Shown in pieces: positions 1 through 64,000 of a stretch of 64,000 nucleotides of DNA. The DNA comes from Octopus sinensis (lineage: Eukaryota): the NCBI RefSeq assembly GCF_006345805.1, contig NC_043004.1, positions 74,958,001 to 75,022,000 on the forward strand. The letters run 5' to 3'. The notes beneath the pieces were generated by a model. That model was not told the DNA's origin. It worked only from the letters and a program-made list of their open reading frames with translations, and ran no database searches. Numbering within the stretch: the first letter of the stretch is position 1; each line of letters starts with the position of its first letter. The translations under genes were made by a program, and so were the position numbers.

Positions 1-396
1 GACTGTTATTTCCAGCAGTTAGACATACTTAGTATGTCCTCTGATTAATTTTAATCCTTCAGCTATTTTGATGCTTTTTTTGGGACTGCAATCACCTATG
101 TTATTGATTCCATTATTATCATTTTGAAATTGTTATACTAGATAATAGCAGAGTCAATGATATCTTCGCAAATATTTTCTTGTGAATTATTTGCTCCATA
201 TTGAAATTATTTTCACACTGGTGGCTGCCATGATTTGGTGTAAAATGAATTAGTTACAGCGCAGACTTCAATACGAAGGGTTGGGGCTCTCTGTCATGGT
301 AACGCTTATGTCCTAGTATGTTCTTTGATTAATTCTATAAATATATATATAGATAGATAGATGGATAGGATAAATAGATAGATATGTCCAGTCAAT

Positions 397-549
397 GGGG
401 TTACCCTAGGTTTCATGGTCATAAAGCGCTTAACTTCACAGCATTTCTTCAGATCCAAAAGCCTGTTGGCTTATGGCCAATGGATTTTAGGGTCTGAAGA
501 AATGCTGTAAAGCTCAGCGCTTTATGGATGTGAAATCCAGGGTAATCCC
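397..549. repeat. Foldback / MITE-like inverted repeat
   Basis: Arms 397-460 and 485-549 are imperfect reverse complements; a related arm lies at 771-840. Confidence 0.8.
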
Positions 550-1100
550 GTAGACCAGCCATAACTATTTTTATCTATATACTCTTCTGCTTTATAACAT
601 AGTGTGTGCTCCTCTTTCAGATTTATGATTTACCACTCCAAGAGTACACCCACTACACTCTCGGAGTAGTTGGTGTTAGGAAGGGCATCCAGCTGTAGAA
701 AACTTGCCAGACCAGATTGGAGCCTGGTGCAGCCTCCTGGCTTGCCAGTCCTCAGTCTATAGATAAAGATAGTCATGGCTGGTCTACGGGAGTACCCTGG
801 GTTTCACATCCATAAAGTGTTTAGCTTTATGGATGTGAATTATGTCCGTATTCCTGAGATGATTACAGAGTAGTCCTTAGTATCCATTGGCATCTGGCAG
901 GTCATCTTCATGTGTTCATTTCTTCAGACATGCAGAATGTGACCATTTCACTCTTGGAATGGCTGTCATTAGGAAGGGCATCCAGCTGTAGAAACCATGT
1001 CAAACATTTCTAATAGAAAAGCAGAAGACACCAGAAGCAAAAATAAGGAATATACATGCACAGTTAAATATAGAAGTGTAAAGTGTAATTTGCTATATAA

Positions 1101-2150
1101 TCTCTATAATAAACAAGAAGGGCCAGAGAGGTACAAGAACATTCCGGCATCAGGGTGAACATTGTAGTGTCTCTGCAAAAGATGCTGCATAACAACAGCA
1201 TCAACCTGATTAGAAGCTTCAAGACTGCACTTGAAAAAATTCCGCGTGACTTCCTGGATTACAAGGTAGTTATCACACCAGACAAGAAACCATCTGGTCA
1301 ACGTTGAGGGAAGTTTAATGCACCAACTGTAAATGAAATAGCTGTGCTTCTGGTTGGGCAAGAACATGACAAGCATGACATTGTTCTCCATCTCAGACAC
1401 AGCACACAGACAGACACAGTCCAACTACAAATGGAAGCTCCCAAAAATACCATACTCACAGCATTCTTCAAGCTCTGTCAAAATGATAAATTTGCTACAA
1501 GACTACTATACAATGAAGTAACACAATTCTATACCTGGTACCAAAACAAATGGAAAAGACGTGCACTTGGAGAACCCATACATCATCCAGGAATCAAGAA
1601 CTCAGACACACTTGGTAGAGTCTATGTTGTCCATCCCAACTGCTCACAGTGCTACTATCTACGGCTTCTGTTACACCATGTCAAGGGACCCACATCATTT
1701 ACAGCCTTACGTATGGTTGATAACACAATGTCAAACATATCGCCAGGCTTGCCATCTCAGAGGTCTTCTGGAAGATGATGCACAGTGGGAAGCCACTCTG
1801 ACAGAGGCACAAATGTGCGAGTCTCCTATGCAGCTGGGAAACCTCTTCTCCATCATGGCAACATGATGGGTGAGAATGTCTTCATTCCAAGGATACCTGT
1901 CATCTCAAATGATCTCCCCTTTCAGTTCAAGAGACTGCAGTTTCCAGTCCAACTTAGCTTTTCAATGTCTATCAACAAAGCACAAGGTCAATCTCTGAAG
2001 GTGGTGGGACATAACCTTCTTCAATCTTGCTTCTCACATGGTCAGCTGTATGTTGGATGTTCTAGAGTTGGAGATGGAAAGAACCTCTACATTCTCAGTG
2101 ATAAACATGGCAAGACAGAAAATACAGCGTATGAAGAAGTACTTGCATGA
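1101..2150 (+). mobile_element. Internally deleted, frameshifted Helitron (Rep/Pif1-helicase remnants)
   Basis: A|TCTCTATAATAAAC 5' end; KFNAPTVNEIAVLL, LTAFFKLC, YYLRLLLHHVKGPTSF, RGLLEDDAQW, then FKRLQFPVQLSFSMSINKAQGQSL..FSHGQLYVGCSRV. No clear 3' CTAG hairpin found. Confidence 0.9.
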
Positions 2151-2314
2151 TGATGATATATAGTTATCACCAAGCTAACATGGCAATCCAGAAAAATAGG
2201 TTGAATGCTGCCATTGATTAACTCCAAGAGGCCATAGCCTCAAGCTAGCTATGTGACACACAAACCTGTGTCCATTACAACCTTCGAACAGGGGAGATCA
2301 TCAGCTTCCTTATG

Positions 2315-2457
2315 CTGGTTCAGACATCCACAGACTAGTTTCAGAGGATTTGCCCCTTATCAATGTAGAGTATCAACAGTGATGTGTGCTGGGTTCAGCT
2401 ACTCCACATTGATAAGAGGCAAATACATTGAAACTAGTCTGTGGATGTCTGAACCAG
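2315..2457. repeat. Foldback inverted repeat (58-bp arms, 27-nt loop)
   Basis: 2315-2372 ctggttcagacatccacagactagtttca...gtagagta versus 2400-2457 tactccac...tgaaactagtctgtggatgtctgaaccag. Confidence 0.85.
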
Positions 2458-2676
2458 ATAGATAAACAGGTAGCTAGGTAGATAAATAAATGAATACGGA
2501 GAGAGAGAGAAGGAAAGGGATATATTGTAATTACTAAGTGAACATGGTGGATATATACACTTACCTTTTCATCCATATAAAGAGAATTATGCTCACACAC
2601 ATAAACAGAGAGAGAGAGAGAGAGAGGGGGAGACAGAGAGAGTGAGAGTGAGAGAGAAAGAGAGAGAGTGAGAGAG

Positions 2677-2731
<55 letters not shown>

Positions 2732-2872
2732 CAGAGAACAAGGAGAAAGTTAGAACAAGAACATAGAGGATAAGATGAACAAGAGAGACATTAATATGTT
2801 TGATATCAAATAAGTCAAAATAGATGGTGCCAAAACATTTCATGCTTAGCAATAGCTACAAATATTTCTTAC

Positions 2873-63993
<61,121 letters not shown>

Positions 63994-64000
63994 CTAAGAA

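Overview
Eukaryotic, AT-rich, microsatellite-laden DNA. The repeat landscape points to a coleoid cephalopod, most likely Octopus (inference). The whole window lies inside one minus-strand gene, an LRP2/megalin orthologue. I reconstructed 27 internal exons (about 4,155 nt, about 1,385 codons) with GT-AG ends and consistent phases. They run from the end of one YWTD propeller through two more EGF/YWTD modules, the 10-repeat LDLa cluster III and two EGF-like domains into the next propeller. The gene's start and end lie outside the window. The introns hold a 5'-truncated RTE LINE and many RTE 3' tails, three Helitron derivatives, a Tc1/mariner relic, mariner and hAT MITEs, R4/Dong-like fragments, several tRNA-derived SINE families, foldback elements, local duplications and minisatellites. 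The most interesting signals are: (i) hammerhead-ribozyme-like motifs in three different Penelope-like terminal repeats, including a twin pair in a roughly 940-bp inverted structure and an apparent U6 core variant; (ii) an AG|GTAAG recursive-splice-like site at the start of the exon entering the ligand-binding cluster; (iii) a repeat array of decoy 5' splice sites behind exon 11. All coordinates were read by eye; exon ends are base-level, repeat ends are approximate.
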